From IMG/VR virus record IMGVR_UViG_3300028592_000010, positions 1 through 60,936 of that record: DNA of 60,936 nt; one strand, given 5' to 3'. Positions within the stretch are counted from its first letter, which is position 1. Each line of letters begins with the position of its first letter. Position numbers and translations under genes: made by a program. The notes beneath the pieces are model-generated. The model did not search any database, had not been told where the DNA came from, and saw only the letters and a list, made by a program, of their open reading frames with translations. This document shows, one piece after another, positions 11,198 to 21,986 of this stretch. Source of the stretch: a virus. Taxonomy: Duplodnaviria > Caudoviricetes.

Positions 11198-12285
11198 TGT
11201 ATGGTCGGGCGAGACTGACGAGAGGGGCGAACGTGACCGCCAGGCGCCGCCAGCAAGGCCTGTACTACGTAACCCGCAGTGGGCTGGAGATCGACCTGCT
11301 CGAACTCGACGCCCTGGACCAGATTCCCTACCCGGAGTGGCCCGGCCTCCAGGCCGCCGCCCGGTGGCTCTCCGACGAGGTGAAGCGGGCCGAGACCGAG
11401 CGGGTGGCGGTGCGCGACGCGGCGTGGAGCGCGGGCCTGCACGACGCCCAGGGCGCCATGGCTCGCCGCCGCCAGCGCCTCGACCCGCTCAACGGCAACT
11501 ACCCGACCGACACACCGAAGCCGTCTGGCTACTACTGCGAAGACTGCCTGGTGTTCGTGCCGGACGGCATCACCCACCCCCGGTGCCAGCCCGAGCTACC
11601 GGCCGAGGTGGGACCGTGACCGAGAGCACCTGGCAGATCCGCCCCAAGCCGGGAATGCCCTCGCTGCATGCCGTCATCAACGACCAGATCTACGACCTCT
11701 CGGAGAACGCCTGGCCGACCGACCCCATGGAGCGCGCCCTGGTGCGGGCCATGGTGATGGAGGTCGCCTCCCGCGCGTCCACGATCCACGTCACCCGGAC
11801 AGCCTGATGGGCGACGTGCTGACCGAGGCGGGCCTGGTGGAGTTGCTGGCCTCCCAGGGCATGGACACCTCCCACCGCACCCCAGCCTGCCGGTGCGAGG
11901 AGTACGAGGAACGCATCGCGGCCCTGGAGGCCGCCGAGGAGTCCTGGGACATCGCGCTGGACGCCAAGGACGACGAGATCAAGCGCCTCCAGGACCGCCT
12001 CCAGGCGGTGGAGAAGTCGCTGCGCGAGATGGCCGAGGCGGCCCGTGGAGACTGACCGGCCCATCACGTGGGTTCGGGCGGGGCCGTTCACCTACAAGGG
12101 GTTGAAGCTGAAGATGGCCCGAGACATGCAGATGACCCATCGGTGCGCGCGGTGCGGCCACGGCACCCCGGCGGGAAGCCTGACCGAGTTGCTGTTCGAG
12201 CCACCTACCGAGTGCCCCAACTGCGGTGGGACGATCAAGGTTCAGGCCTACGTCGGCAAGCCCATCGAGGAGGTGGAGGGGAGCG

Positions 12286-12888
12286 ATGGCCCGGAAGCCA
12301 CCGGAGTATGACGACTCCGACTTGCCCGACATCGGCACCTCGACCACGTCCGAGTTGCGCGGCGCCCTCGGCCTCGTAGCGCAGCCGGACGGACGGACCG
12401 ACAAGGCGTGGCGCAAGCCCAACACCATGAACGCCCGGGAGCTACGCGCGCTGGAGTTGGTGACCGCCGGGGCCACCTACGCCCAGATCGGCGCGGTCAT
12501 GAACATCACCCGGCGCAGCGCCATGGCGCTGGTCGACCGGGCCCTGGGCAAGCGCGCGCTGGAGATCGACTCCCAGACCCGCTCCCAGACCCGGGCTCTG
12601 GTGCTCGACCAGCTTGACCAACTGTGGCGGCGCTGGTGGCCGCTGGCCCTGGGCGACCCGCGCGCCGGCACGCCGCCCGACAAGGACGCGGCCGACGTGG
12701 TGCTGAAGATCCACGACCGGGTGGTGCGCATCCAGGCCCTCGATGCGCCGATCCAGGTCGAGGTCAACGCCGACATCGTGGTCTCCCTGGAGGACCGGGC
12801 CAACCGGCAGGCCAAGATCCTGGCCGACCTGGCCGAGGTGGCAGCCCGCCAGCAGGCGATCGAGGGCGAGTTCCGGGAGGCGTCATGA
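12286..12888 (+). CDS. HTH protein, probable terminase small subunit
   Basis: RALELVTAGATYAQIG HTH followed by QLDQLW..WWP..G...A.DVVLKI.DR..RI..LDAP, an actinophage TerS-like pattern. Confidence 0.55.
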   Translation: MARKPPEYDDSDLPDIGTSTTSELRGALGLVAQPDGRTDKAWRKPNTMNARELRALELVTAGATYAQIGAVMNITRRSAMALVDRALGKRALEIDSQTRSQTRALVLDQLDQLWRRWWPLALGDPRAGTPPDKDAADVVLKIHDRVVRIQALDAPIQVEVNADIVVSLEDRANRQAKILADLAEVAARQQAIEGEFREAS

Positions 12889-13221
12889 GCACCCCGATGT
12901 CGGTGCGCGGGTTCTGCCCGCTCGGCTGCGGCGAGACGCTCGTCCTGCTCGGCGAGGAGGTCATGTGCTTCCAGGCCGAGTGCCCCAACCCGTACGCGGT
13001 CACCGCCATCCTGGGCGACCAGGAGACAGAGCATGTCGTACGGGTGGACGACGGTGGGGCCACCATCCGCCACCCGATCAGGGAACGCATCGAGGACGCT
13101 CTGATGGACTGCCACCTCACCCTCAACTGGCGGGCCCGGCTCAAGCCGTACGGGCTCTACCGGGTGACCGGCGAGGGCACCGGCTGGGAGCGCATTGAGG
13201 GCGTCCACCGGGAGGGCACCG

Positions 13222-13953
13222 ATGACTGAAGCCCTGGCCGAGGCGACCGTCACCGCCCCACCGGCCAACGAAGCCAACGTGCGCATTGGCGTGGTCGCCG
13301 ATGACTCGCCGCTGACCATCACGGTCCAGGACTCCCCGATCGCCTCCCCCGGGTTCCTGTCCGACTGGCGCCCCGTACTCGGCGACAACGTGGCCGTGCT
13401 TCGCCAGGACGAGACGTGGCTGGTCCTGGGGGCGATCCACTCGAACGGCGCCTCCCTGCTCGGACGCGGCGGCACCATCATCGGCGCCAACATCGGCATC
13501 GGCGGCGGCATCCCGGCTAGCTCCGCTGGGGCCGAGGTCGCGTTTCCCTCGGCCAGTTGGGCGGTGGAGTCCACGTACGTGTGGCTGCCTGGCCAGATGT
13601 ACCGGCTGGACTACCAGATGTCCCCCAACTGCTCGGGCGCGGGTGCCCAGTGGGGTGTCTACCGCATCCGTCTTGGTGCACAGTCCACCACCGGCTCGCT
13701 GGTCGGTCAGCACTACGCCCAGTACCCGGCGGGCTTCGCCGACTTCGGCAAGAGTGAGTGGGGCCACCTCTGGCTGTTCAACGCAGGCTCGGTGGCAGTC
13801 TCCAGCAAGCTATCCCTCACAGCCGACTTTGATGTGGGCGTGGGCTCGCTTGGCATCTACGGGGGCGATTCGGACGCCCCCACCTTCATCGTGTGCACCC
13901 ACGTGGGGGCTGTCGCGGACAGCCTGTTCAACGTGGGCTTCCAGGTGGGGTGA
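13222..13953 (+). CDS. Minor tail-like protein (outside the tail module)
   Basis: N-terminal RIGVV..SPLTI...FLSDWRPVLGDNVAVLRQDETWLVLG followed by a beta-rich C-terminus. Confidence 0.5.
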   Translation: MTEALAEATVTAPPANEANVRIGVVADDSPLTITVQDSPIASPGFLSDWRPVLGDNVAVLRQDETWLVLGAIHSNGASLLGRGGTIIGANIGIGGGIPASSAGAEVAFPSASWAVESTYVWLPGQMYRLDYQMSPNCSGAGAQWGVYRIRLGAQSTTGSLVGQHYAQYPAGFADFGKSEWGHLWLFNAGSVAVSSKLSLTADFDVGVGSLGIYGGDSDAPTFIVCTHVGAVADSLFNVGFQVG

Positions 13954-15945
13954 GACACATGGTCGCGTACACCGCAGTTGTCCAGGCCGAGCAGTGGACC
14001 GGCACCCCCGCCGCCCAGCGCGCCATCGAGGACCTCGTGGCCGCCCAGCGGCGAGGCGGGTCCTATGACCAGGTTCAGGTTGCAGGCGAAGACCTTTGGC
14101 TGACGTGCTCGAACCCAAAGCCCAGCGGCATACCTGTCCCGGTCAACGTGCGCATCGGCGAGTGGCTGGTCTATGGGGATGCGCCCCAGCCGGTCGGTCA
14201 CCCGGCGATCTACGACGACACGACGTTCGTTGCCCGCTACGCCCGGGTGCCAGGCGCATGAGCGGCCACCGCCCGTTCCGCGACCTGCGGCTGGACTGGC
14301 CCCAGCCGTTCGAGGTCCTGGAGCAGTTCTACTACGAGCACGCGCGGCGCATGAGCGTGCTGGCCGACATGGGCTGCACGGTGTGCGGCGACCCGGCCAC
14401 GGTGCTGATCGAGTGGCCCAAGCACGTCTTCTCCGTCTCCCTCGACCCTGGCGCCCTGCGCGAGACCCGGACCATCACCATCACCGAGGAGGTGCGGTTC
14501 CTGTGCGAGATGCACGCTCGGGCCTGACCATCCCGGACGACCAGGCCTGGCACGTCCGGGGCATCCCGACCACCCACCGGGGCCCGTTCAACGACTGGGC
14601 CGCCCGCCCGGATGGGCGGCGCCTGCGGTGCGGGCTGATCATCAACGCCACCTACGTGGCCGGCCCCGCTCCGAGTGGTGAGCCGTGCCCGGAGTGCAGC
14701 CGGTGGACCGATGCGTGAGCGTTCGGGTGTGCGCCTGCGCTACCTTCCCCTGGAGGAGGCGACGAGGCCGCCTACGGGCGGGGTGGTCGAGGTCTACACC
14801 GACCGCTGGTGGGCCCATCAGCCCGGCCTGGGCCTGCTGATGTTCGGCAAGGTGCCGCAGTGGACGCCGAACTCATCTACAACTGCGGGGACTACGTATG
14901 ACCGACGATCGCACCCTTCCCGAGGGCCTGACTCGGGCGATGTTTGACGCCATTCGGGACCTGCGCGAGTGGGTCACCCCGCCGCCGGCCCCGGACGCCG
15001 AGGTGCAGGCGTGGCCGCTGTTCAGCGGCTGGGAGTATGGCGGTGTCTACTGCGCCAAGGACGAGTGCGGCTGCGCGGCCGAGGGCAGTGAACTGATCCG
15101 GGGCGACGACCGGATGGGGGACGAGGCCGAGACCTTCACGTTGGCTGACCTCCACCGCCGCATCGGTGGGGCGGGCCGAGGAGGAGGGGGTGTGATGGGG
15201 CGCGGCCAGACCACTGCCGAGTTCGCGGCCAGCCACGGCCCGAACTGGGTCTACGACGGCGGCCTGCCCGGCGATCCCGGCTGGGTGAGCGACGCGGCGC
15301 GCGAGTTCGGGGACCTGCTCGGCCTGGACGCGGAAGCCCTGGACGACGCTGCGGCGGAGCACGGGTGGGAGTTCCATGACCCGGGCTACGACGAGAAGAT
15401 CCAGCAGCTTGCCCTGACGTGGGGCGAACAGTGAGCAGCCCGGCCGACCGCCTGGCGGATGGGCGGGGCAGCCTGCGCGACCTGGCCGAGTTGGACCAGG
15501 CCCGGGCGGCCACCGTCGAGGACCTGAACCGCCTGCTGGTCGGCTACGCCCAGGCCATGCGCGACCTCGGGCCCGACCGGGCCCACTGCGCCTACGTCAC
15601 CGGCCTGCTGCGTGACTGGGACGAGGTCACCATGGCCTGCGCCCTCGTCGAGGCAGTGGAGCGCCTGGTGCGGCGCCTGGACGAGCAGGGGGCGCGCACC
15701 TAGTCTGGTGTCGTGACAGACACGACGGAGCCATACGACCACGACCCGAACTACGACCCGGCGGCGGCCCGCAAGGCCGAGAAGCACGAGGCCTTCGTGG
15801 CCGAGTACCAGACCCGCTACGGCGGCGCCGGGCGTGACGCCGAGTCGGTGGCCAGAGTCTTCGGCCTGGAGGGCGAGCCGCCCAGCAACGAGGTCGAGGT
15901 GGACCCGGACGCCGAGTCGTCCCCCAACGTCGGGCACAAGTAGCC

Positions 15946-16827
15946 ATGACGGGCATCGCGCCCATCTGGGCCGGCTACCCCAAGTCGTACACGCCCGGGC
16001 GCGCGCGAGCCCCCAAGCTGTGCGTCATCCACTACACGGCCGGCAACGCTGGCCCGACCGCCGCCGAGGCGGGCGTGGACTACGACAAGCGGCGCACGGA
16101 CGGCACCTCGTGCCACATCTTCGCCGACTCGCTGGGCACCCCGCTGATGGAGGTGCCGCTGGGCGACCGTTCGCACAGCGCCTACTTTCACGGCAACGAG
16201 ATCGGCGTGCACATCGAGACGTGCGACACGGTGCAGAGCCGAGCCGGCTGGCTGGACGCGGTCAGCTACCCGACCATCGTCAACGCGGCCGGGACGGCCC
16301 GGTGGGTGTGCGACACGCTGGGCCTTCCCTTGCGGCGGATGACGGTGGCCCAGGTGCGGGAGGCGTACTACGGCAGCGACCCGGGCGGCATCTGCGACCA
16401 CTGGGACGTGACCCGGGCGTTCCCCGAGGACGGCGGCAACCACACCGACATGGGGCCCGAGTTCCCGTGGGATGTGTTCATGGAGTTGGTGCTCGACCAG
16501 GACACGAGAAGGGACTACGGCATGCTGCTGTTCGGGAAGTCAGGCGCGGGCCAGTTCGGCGAGGACACCGACCACTCCCGCTGGTGGGTGGGCGACGGCC
16601 TCCACCACACCGAGCGCACCGAGGAACAGGCCAGCCTCCTCCTCGGTGCGGTGAACAAGTACTACGGCCTCAAGCTGGAGATCATGTCGTGGGGCGACAC
16701 CAGCCCCGAGTGGATGCAGGGCATCGTCGGCCCCGTGCCAGCCGGGAGCGGGGGCGTCGGGGGTCTGGGCTTCGCCGAGGTCGTGGAGGCGGCCCGCCAG
16801 GGCGCCGAGAAGGCCGAGGACAGCTAG
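15946..16827 (+). CDS. Endolysin, N-acetylmuramoyl-L-alanine amidase (Amidase_2 type)
   Basis: VIHYTAG, SCHIF, SHSA, IET, DHWDV, NHTDMG zinc-amidase motifs. Confidence 0.85.
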   Translation: MTGIAPIWAGYPKSYTPGRARAPKLCVIHYTAGNAGPTAAEAGVDYDKRRTDGTSCHIFADSLGTPLMEVPLGDRSHSAYFHGNEIGVHIETCDTVQSRAGWLDAVSYPTIVNAAGTARWVCDTLGLPLRRMTVAQVREAYYGSDPGGICDHWDVTRAFPEDGGNHTDMGPEFPWDVFMELVLDQDTRRDYGMLLFGKSGAGQFGEDTDHSRWWVGDGLHHTERTEEQASLLLGAVNKYYGLKLEIMSWGDTSPEWMQGIVGPVPAGSGGVGGLGFAEVVEAARQGAEKAEDS

Positions 16828-16903
16828 CCCGCGCGGGCGCTACGCGCGGTGATCGCTAGCTGGTACGCTGCGCCCAACCGCCCAGCGACCACTGGAGCAT
16901 GCG

Positions 16904-17413
16904 ATGGCCCTCACCACCAGCATCGGCCTGTCCATCTCGGCCGATCTCGTCAAGGCGCTCGACCTCGCCGAGGCGCGCGTACCACTGGTCAAGACCTACA
17001 CGGCGGCCCTCACCAACGGCGTCCTGGCCGGCCAGGCCGACCTCGTCTTCCACGACACCCGCACCATCGCGCCCTCGTCCAACGACGACCTCGACCTGGC
17101 GGGCGTCCTGCTCGACCCGGTGTGCACCCTGCTCACCTTCATCCGAGTCAAGGCCCTGATCGTCGCGGCGGCGGCGGCCAACGCCAACAACGTGGTCATC
17201 GGCGCGGCGGCGGCCAACCCATGGGTCGGCCTGATCAATGCCACCGGCACCATCACCCTCAAGCCCGGTGGGGTGCAGGCCTACTTCGCGGGCCAGGCGG
17301 ACGCGGTGGCCTCTACGGTGATTGCGGCCACCGGCGACATCCTGCGCGTGGCGAACTCGGGCGCCGGCACCAGCGTCACCTACGACATCATCATCATCGG
17401 CGCCTCGGCCTGA
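16904..17413 (+). CDS. Hypothetical Ala/Thr-rich beta protein, possibly virion-associated
   Basis: GGAG RBS, typical codon usage, small hydrophobic beta-rich sequence. Confidence 0.5.
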   Translation: MALTTSIGLSISADLVKALDLAEARVPLVKTYTAALTNGVLAGQADLVFHDTRTIAPSSNDDLDLAGVLLDPVCTLLTFIRVKALIVAAAAANANNVVIGAAAANPWVGLINATGTITLKPGGVQAYFAGQADAVASTVIAATGDILRVANSGAGTSVTYDIIIIGASA

Positions 17414-17414
17414 C

Positions 17415-17624
17415 GTGATCACCAAGCGCAAGAGCAGCCACTCCGCCGAGAGCGCCAACTGCGTTGCGCTGTGGGACTTCGGCGACGAGGTGGCCCTCGG
17501 CGACACCAAGGGCCCCAACTGGCAGATGGCCTGGTTCGACCGGGCGGCCTGGACCGACTTCGTCCAGGCGGTCGGACGGGGCGAGTTCGACCGGCCACGA
17601 GGCCGTGCTGCGCCGTCTCTGTAA
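17415..17624 (+). CDS. DUF397-family protein
   Basis: RKSSHS..ANCVAL...VALGDTK.P...F..AAW..FV.AV..GEF. Confidence 0.8.
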   Translation: MITKRKSSHSAESANCVALWDFGDEVALGDTKGPNWQMAWFDRAAWTDFVQAVGRGEFDRPRGRAAPSL

Positions 17625-17690
17625 GGTGTGAACGCGAGGGCGCCGCCGAGAGGCCCCTAACCCCCACGGCCCACTCCCCTACGGACCAAC

Positions 17691-17727
17691 GAGAACGGCC
17701 CCGAGCTTGATGCTCGGGGCCGTTCTC
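17691..17727. terminator. 16-bp inverted repeat between convergent units (bidirectional terminator)
   Basis: GAGAACGGCCCCGAGC-ttgat-GCTCGGGGCCGTTCTC. Confidence 0.8.
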
Positions 17728-17744
17728 GGTCCATGACGGGAACG

Positions 17745-17815
17745 GGACCGCACGGGGAGTCGAACCCCGCCTAGGCGCTTTAGAGGCGCTTGTGCTGCCG
17801 ACACACCCTGCGGTC
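17745..17815 (-). tRNA. tRNA with CUA anticodon (amber suppressor)
   Basis: Acceptor GACCGCA/TGCGGTC, D stem GTGT/GCAC, anticodon arm AGCGC-CTCTAAA-GCGCC (one mismatch), T arm CGGGG-TTCGACT-CCCCG. Confidence 0.8.
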
Positions 17816-17839
17816 AAGGCGGTGCCCGAGGTCAAGGCG

Positions 17840-17963
17840 GCTCGGCGCCTTGTTCGGCTGCTCTACCGGGCTGAGCTACCCCACTCCCCGAGGGGAGCGT
17901 GGCGGGATTCGAACCCGCGACCTGCCGATTACCTGTGAAGTAAGCCGGGCCTGCGCACCGAGC
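17840..17963 (-). ncRNA. YrlA-like Y RNA (circularly permuted tRNA mimic)
   Basis: T arm precedes a loop-closed acceptor stem and then a D arm; TCGGC/GCCGA stem; terminal helix GCTCGGTGC/GCGCCGAGC. Confidence 0.7.
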
Positions 17964-18096
17964 ACCACCACCGGACGATCGCCGACACGTGCGGGCCAGC
18001 GAGGTTTCCGGGTACCTCTTGAGTTGTGCACCCGGGGCCACCCGAAGGCGATCTTCCCGCAGCGTCCTATCCACGACCACGTGGCCCGGGCCAACT

Positions 18097-18168
18097 TGGG
18101 GCCCTCCGAGAAATTGCACCTCGCCTTCGCCCCCCGAAGGGCGCGTGCTCTGGTTACACCTGAGGGCC
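18097..18168 (-). tRNA. Degenerate tRNA (6-nt anticodon loop TTCGGG, Pro-like)
   Basis: Acceptor GGCCCTC/GAGGGCC followed by CCA, D stem GTGT/GCAC, stem CGCCC/GGGCG, T loop TGCAATT. Confidence 0.55.
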
Positions 18169-18218
18169 ATGGGGGCCGGTCTGGGCCCGGGGCAAGCTAG
18201 CCTCCCAGACCGGCACCG

Positions 18219-18294
18219 AAACGGGAGTCGGATTCGAACCGACGACCTCCAGCTTATGAGGCTGGCGAGCACAACCGAACTGCTCCATCCCGTC
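18219..18294 (-). tRNA. tRNA with CAU anticodon (Met or Ile2)
   Basis: GACGGGA/TCCCGTT acceptor, GAGC/GCTC D stem, CCAGC-CTCATAA-GCTGG, GTCGG-TTCGAAT-CCGAC. Confidence 0.85.
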
Positions 18295-20239
18295 AGGCGC
18301 CCGTGGAGTCGTTACGGTCCTCCTCGGGCGTGTCGACCCTACCATGACAGGACTTCCCGCGCTTGCGATCCACCTCAGCCTTAGTGCGAGAACTAAGGTG
18401 GTAGCCCCCGGCGACCGGGCACCAGTAGACCCGGCCCTCCTCGGTCGGGGGCAGCCGACTCAGCGCGTGCTTGCCCATCTCGTAGGTGCGGTAGGTGTTC
18501 TTGCGGCACCGCTTGCACTTGGCCTTGTGGTTCCGCATGGACTACGACCACCAGATGTCGCGCTTCACGGCCCTCTCCTTCCGTCGTCTCCAGGTGAGCA
18601 CACCGAACAGTGTGCCCAGGGTCGCACCCAGCACGATGAGCATGTAGCCCATCAGGCGAACGACCTCGACGCGGTCCTGCCAGGTCATCGCCACTTCCTC
18701 CACTTTCGTGCCCGCTTAGGCCGCGTGTGCAGGCGCCTCATGGCGTCGAGGTCGGCCGCGAACACTGCGCCCCGGAATGGGCCCCACTCGCGCGACTTGT
18801 CCGTGTCGGTCCAGTGGTAGTGGCCCCGCCCACCGGTGGCCCGGATGCAGGTCCAGGCGCCGTGGCGCCAGCGGTAGCCCCGCCGGTGCATGCGGCGCCC
18901 TTGCATGTCGACGATGAAGACCCGCCGACGACGGGCGCGGCGGCGCTCACCGTGGTCCATCTGCCGGGGCCGCCAGTACTGGTAGCCCTTGCGCCGGCAC
19001 GGCCTGCGGAACCAGCGGTCGCCCAGGCGGGGATCCTCGCGCCACGCCCAGAGCCGCTTGACGTGGGGCGGCGGTTCTGGGTCGTAGGTGAGGTTGTAGC
19101 GGTAGACGATCACCACTTCACCCGCAGCAGGGAGGCTCGGTGCTCCAGCAACATGCGCAGCACCTCGTCCACGGTGCCGCCGGGCAGGGAGGCCAGCAGC
19201 GCGTTGACGATGGCGCGCGCATCCAGCCGGTGCAGCCTGCGCCCATCCGCCCGGTCGAGGTTGTCCGGCATCGGCATGTCGGCCTCGATGCGCAGGTCCT
19301 CCACCTCCTCGGCGCCGTGTGGCTGGGCCTTCCACACCCAGACCGGCTCGGCGCTCATGGCCGCTTCCAGACCCACCGCCCGGGGCGGCGCGGGTCGGGG
19401 TACGGCACCAGGTCCCACGTGTAGACCAGGTAGCCTGCCGAGCCGAACGCCACCAGGATCAGGAACATCCCTCCGGCGACCGGGTAGGCAATGGGCGCCT
19501 CCTCGCCGAACGTCGTGGACAGGGCGTAGCCGAAGAGGCTGAGCATCGACGCGCCGAACATCGCCATGGCGGTGCGGCGAGGGAAGGGGCGGAACCGGCC
19601 GAACACCGACCGCCAGGCGTCCAGCGCGTAGGCCGGGACGCCGATGGTGATGCCCGCCAGCAGCAGGGCCACCCCAACGTCATGCGCGGTCACCTGTCCT
19701 CACCCCTCTTCTTGGCGATGGCGGCTGCGATGAAGAACGCGGAGAGCGCCCAGGCGATGCTGCAAACGAGGGCGACTCCCTCGACGGCCTCGGGCCAGGT
19801 GTCACTTGCCAGGATCACGGAGCGCCTCCTCGTGCTTGGCGGGCCTGATGGGGCGCTCGGTCCTCCTGGACCACTTGATCTCGGGCCCGCTGGCGAGGAA
19901 CACCAGCCCGAGCAACAAGAAGACCACCGACACGATGGCGGTAGCGGCGACGAACGCTTCGGGCCAGTTCATGGGGACCCTCCTACAGGTCGTGGGCGCA
20001 GAACGGGCAGACGTGGATGTCCTCCACCCGCGTGTTGGCAATGAGGAACGGCTTGCTCACCGAGGGCACCACCTCGGCGGCCATCCGCTCAGCGTGGGCC
20101 TCGATGAGGGCCGCCTCGGTGGGGAACCAGTGGAAGCACTCCCCGCACAGGGTGCCGGTGGTGAGGTCGGTCTGGGGCTCGTCCTCGTTGTGGAAGTGGC
20201 AGTGGTCCTGGTCGCAGGCGCGGGTCGGTTCGTGGGGCA

Positions 20240-20482
20240 TCATGACCTCCACTCGATGCGCAGCCGCCCATCGAGGGCGTCCACCAGGCGGACGAGGGTC
20301 AGCGTCTCGGGCACGACCTCTCCCATTTCGATCTCGCTGATGCTGCTCTGGACGATGCCCGAGATGGCCTCCAGTTCCCGCTGGCTCAGGCCGAGCCGCA
20401 GGCGGCGCAGCTTGAGTTGCTGGCCCAGGAGGCGCACTTCGAACTCGTCGGTCGCGAACGACCCGCGCGGACTGCGGGGCAC
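20240..20482 (-). CDS. XRE-family HTH regulator
   Basis: LGQQLKLRRLRLGLSQRELEAISGIVQSSISEIEMG...P...TL.RL..AL. Confidence 0.85.
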   Translation of the reverse strand: MPRSPRGSFATDEFEVRLLGQQLKLRRLRLGLSQRELEAISGIVQSSISEIEMGEVVPETLTLVRLVDALDGRLRIEWRS

Positions 20483-20893
20483 TACTTCAGCCGCCGGGGC
20501 AGCTTGAGCCGCAGGTCCTCGTAGCGGCGGAACGCCTGCCACCGGTGGGCGTGGCTGGAGACGTTGTAGAACACCAACTGCTCGTTGATCCCGGTCGGGA
20601 CGTACAGGGTGGCGTCGATGAGCCACCAGGTGACCGGCAACGTCCGATTCCAGTACTTCAGGTCCATCGCCCACAACTGCACCCCCACGGGCGAGCCCGT
20701 GCCCGGCGCGTCCTCGGCGGCCTGAACCTGCTGCTCCATACGGCACCGGGCCCACTGCACGTTCCACCAGCGCGGCGAGAATGCCGCGTTGCGCAACTGC
20801 GGGTCGACCTCGTCCACGTAGTCCACGAGGATCTGGCGGGCCCACCGACCGGCCTTCGGCCAAGAGGCCATCCGGCCGGTCTCCAGGTAAGCG

Positions 20894-21247
20894 TCAGTCG
20901 TCATACGAGCCCACCCTGGCCAGCCGTGCCTTCCACTGCCGGGTCAACTCGTTGTAGGCCGAGAAGTCCGAGGCCGAGAAGCCGTGCCGGACGGACCATG
21001 AGGTGGAGCCGATCCAGTGGTCGGCGGCCGGCCCGTCGTAGTTCGCGGTCACCCGGTGGTAGGCCCGGGCCCGAATGTCCTCGGTCTTCCCGCCCGAGGC
21101 CCAGCCCAGCACGCAGTTGCACGGCTGCACCAGGTCGAGGTCGTCCATGTGGTCGAGCACGTTGTCCAGCTTGAGCCCGGCCAGGCCGCCGTGCTTGCGC
21201 AGCCAGCGCAGGCCCCGCTCGATCTGCTTGCTGTAGTCGACGCTCAC
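20894..21247 (-). CDS. Hypothetical protein, paralog of the neighbouring gene
   Basis: Shares G..WL, LD, CVLGW.SG, RA.AYH, GF and Y..LT..WKA.LA with 21244-21648. Confidence 0.7.
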   Translation of the reverse strand: MSVDYSKQIERGLRWLRKHGGLAGLKLDNVLDHMDDLDLVQPCNCVLGWASGGKTEDIRARAYHRVTANYDGPAADHWIGSTSWSVRHGFSASDFSAYNELTRQWKARLARVGSYDD

Positions 21248-21648
21248 CGGTGGTCCTCCTCGCACAGCGGCGCCAGGGCCGCCTTCCACTCGGCCGTGAG
21301 GGCCTCGTAGTCGGCCAGGCTGTGGGGCTCGTCGTCGCCGAGGCGGAAGCCCCGGTTCGCCGCCCAGCGGTAGCCGACGCTGCGATCGAAGCCCTGGGCG
21401 CGGATGCGGGCGTGGTAGGCGTGGGCGCGGTCGACCTCACTGCCGAACCCGCTGGACCAGCCGAGCACGCACGACTCGGGCATGTTCACGTCCAACTCGT
21501 CGAGGTGGACGCACAGGTTCTGGAGGAGGTGGTCATGCAAGGGCCCCTCGGTGATGAGCCAGGCGATGCCGGCCTGCACCCGCTCGGCGTAGCTCGCGTC
21601 GGTGTTGGGCCGGTCCTGTTCCGTGTAGACGGCAAGGTCGCTGTCCAT
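21244..21648 (-). CDS. Hypothetical protein, paralog of the neighbouring gene
   Basis: GAAGGGAG RBS; motifs shared with 20894-21247. Confidence 0.7.
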   Translation of the reverse strand: MDSDLAVYTEQDRPNTDASYAERVQAGIAWLITEGPLHDHLLQNLCVHLDELDVNMPESCVLGWSSGFGSEVDRAHAYHARIRAQGFDRSVGYRWAANRGFRLGDDEPHSLADYEALTAEWKAALAPLCEEDHR

Positions 21649-21986
21649 GTCCGTGCTCCCTTCGGTTTGTGTCCCCCGACCATACACGATCCCCCGAAAC
21701 CGATGAAGCCCCCCCACGTCATCTCGCGATGCGTGAGGGGGCTTCATGGTCCTACAGGATGATCGTCGCCTGGACCCGCTTGACCTCCACGAGCCCGTCC
21801 CACTTGCCCGAACCCAGGTAGTTCTCGGTCGTCCGGAGTTCCCGCAGGGCGTCCTTGAGCGCCTCAGCGGTGGTGTTCCAGTGGTACTCGGCCTGCCAGT
21901 CGTCCACGTTCACGTCGAGGTCGAGGGTGACGGTGATCTTCACGGCCGTGCTCCCTTCAGTGCTCCCGCCCGGTAGCGGGGAGACG

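Noticed and set aside
17745-17815. Pyrrolysine system or genome-wide TAG recoding
   Set aside because: No pylS/pylBCD-like genes are visible, and long genes read through without internal TAG.
17975-18090. Self-cleaving ribozyme
   Set aside because: A GAAAC is present, but there is no CTGANGA hammerhead core or other recognisable catalytic consensus.
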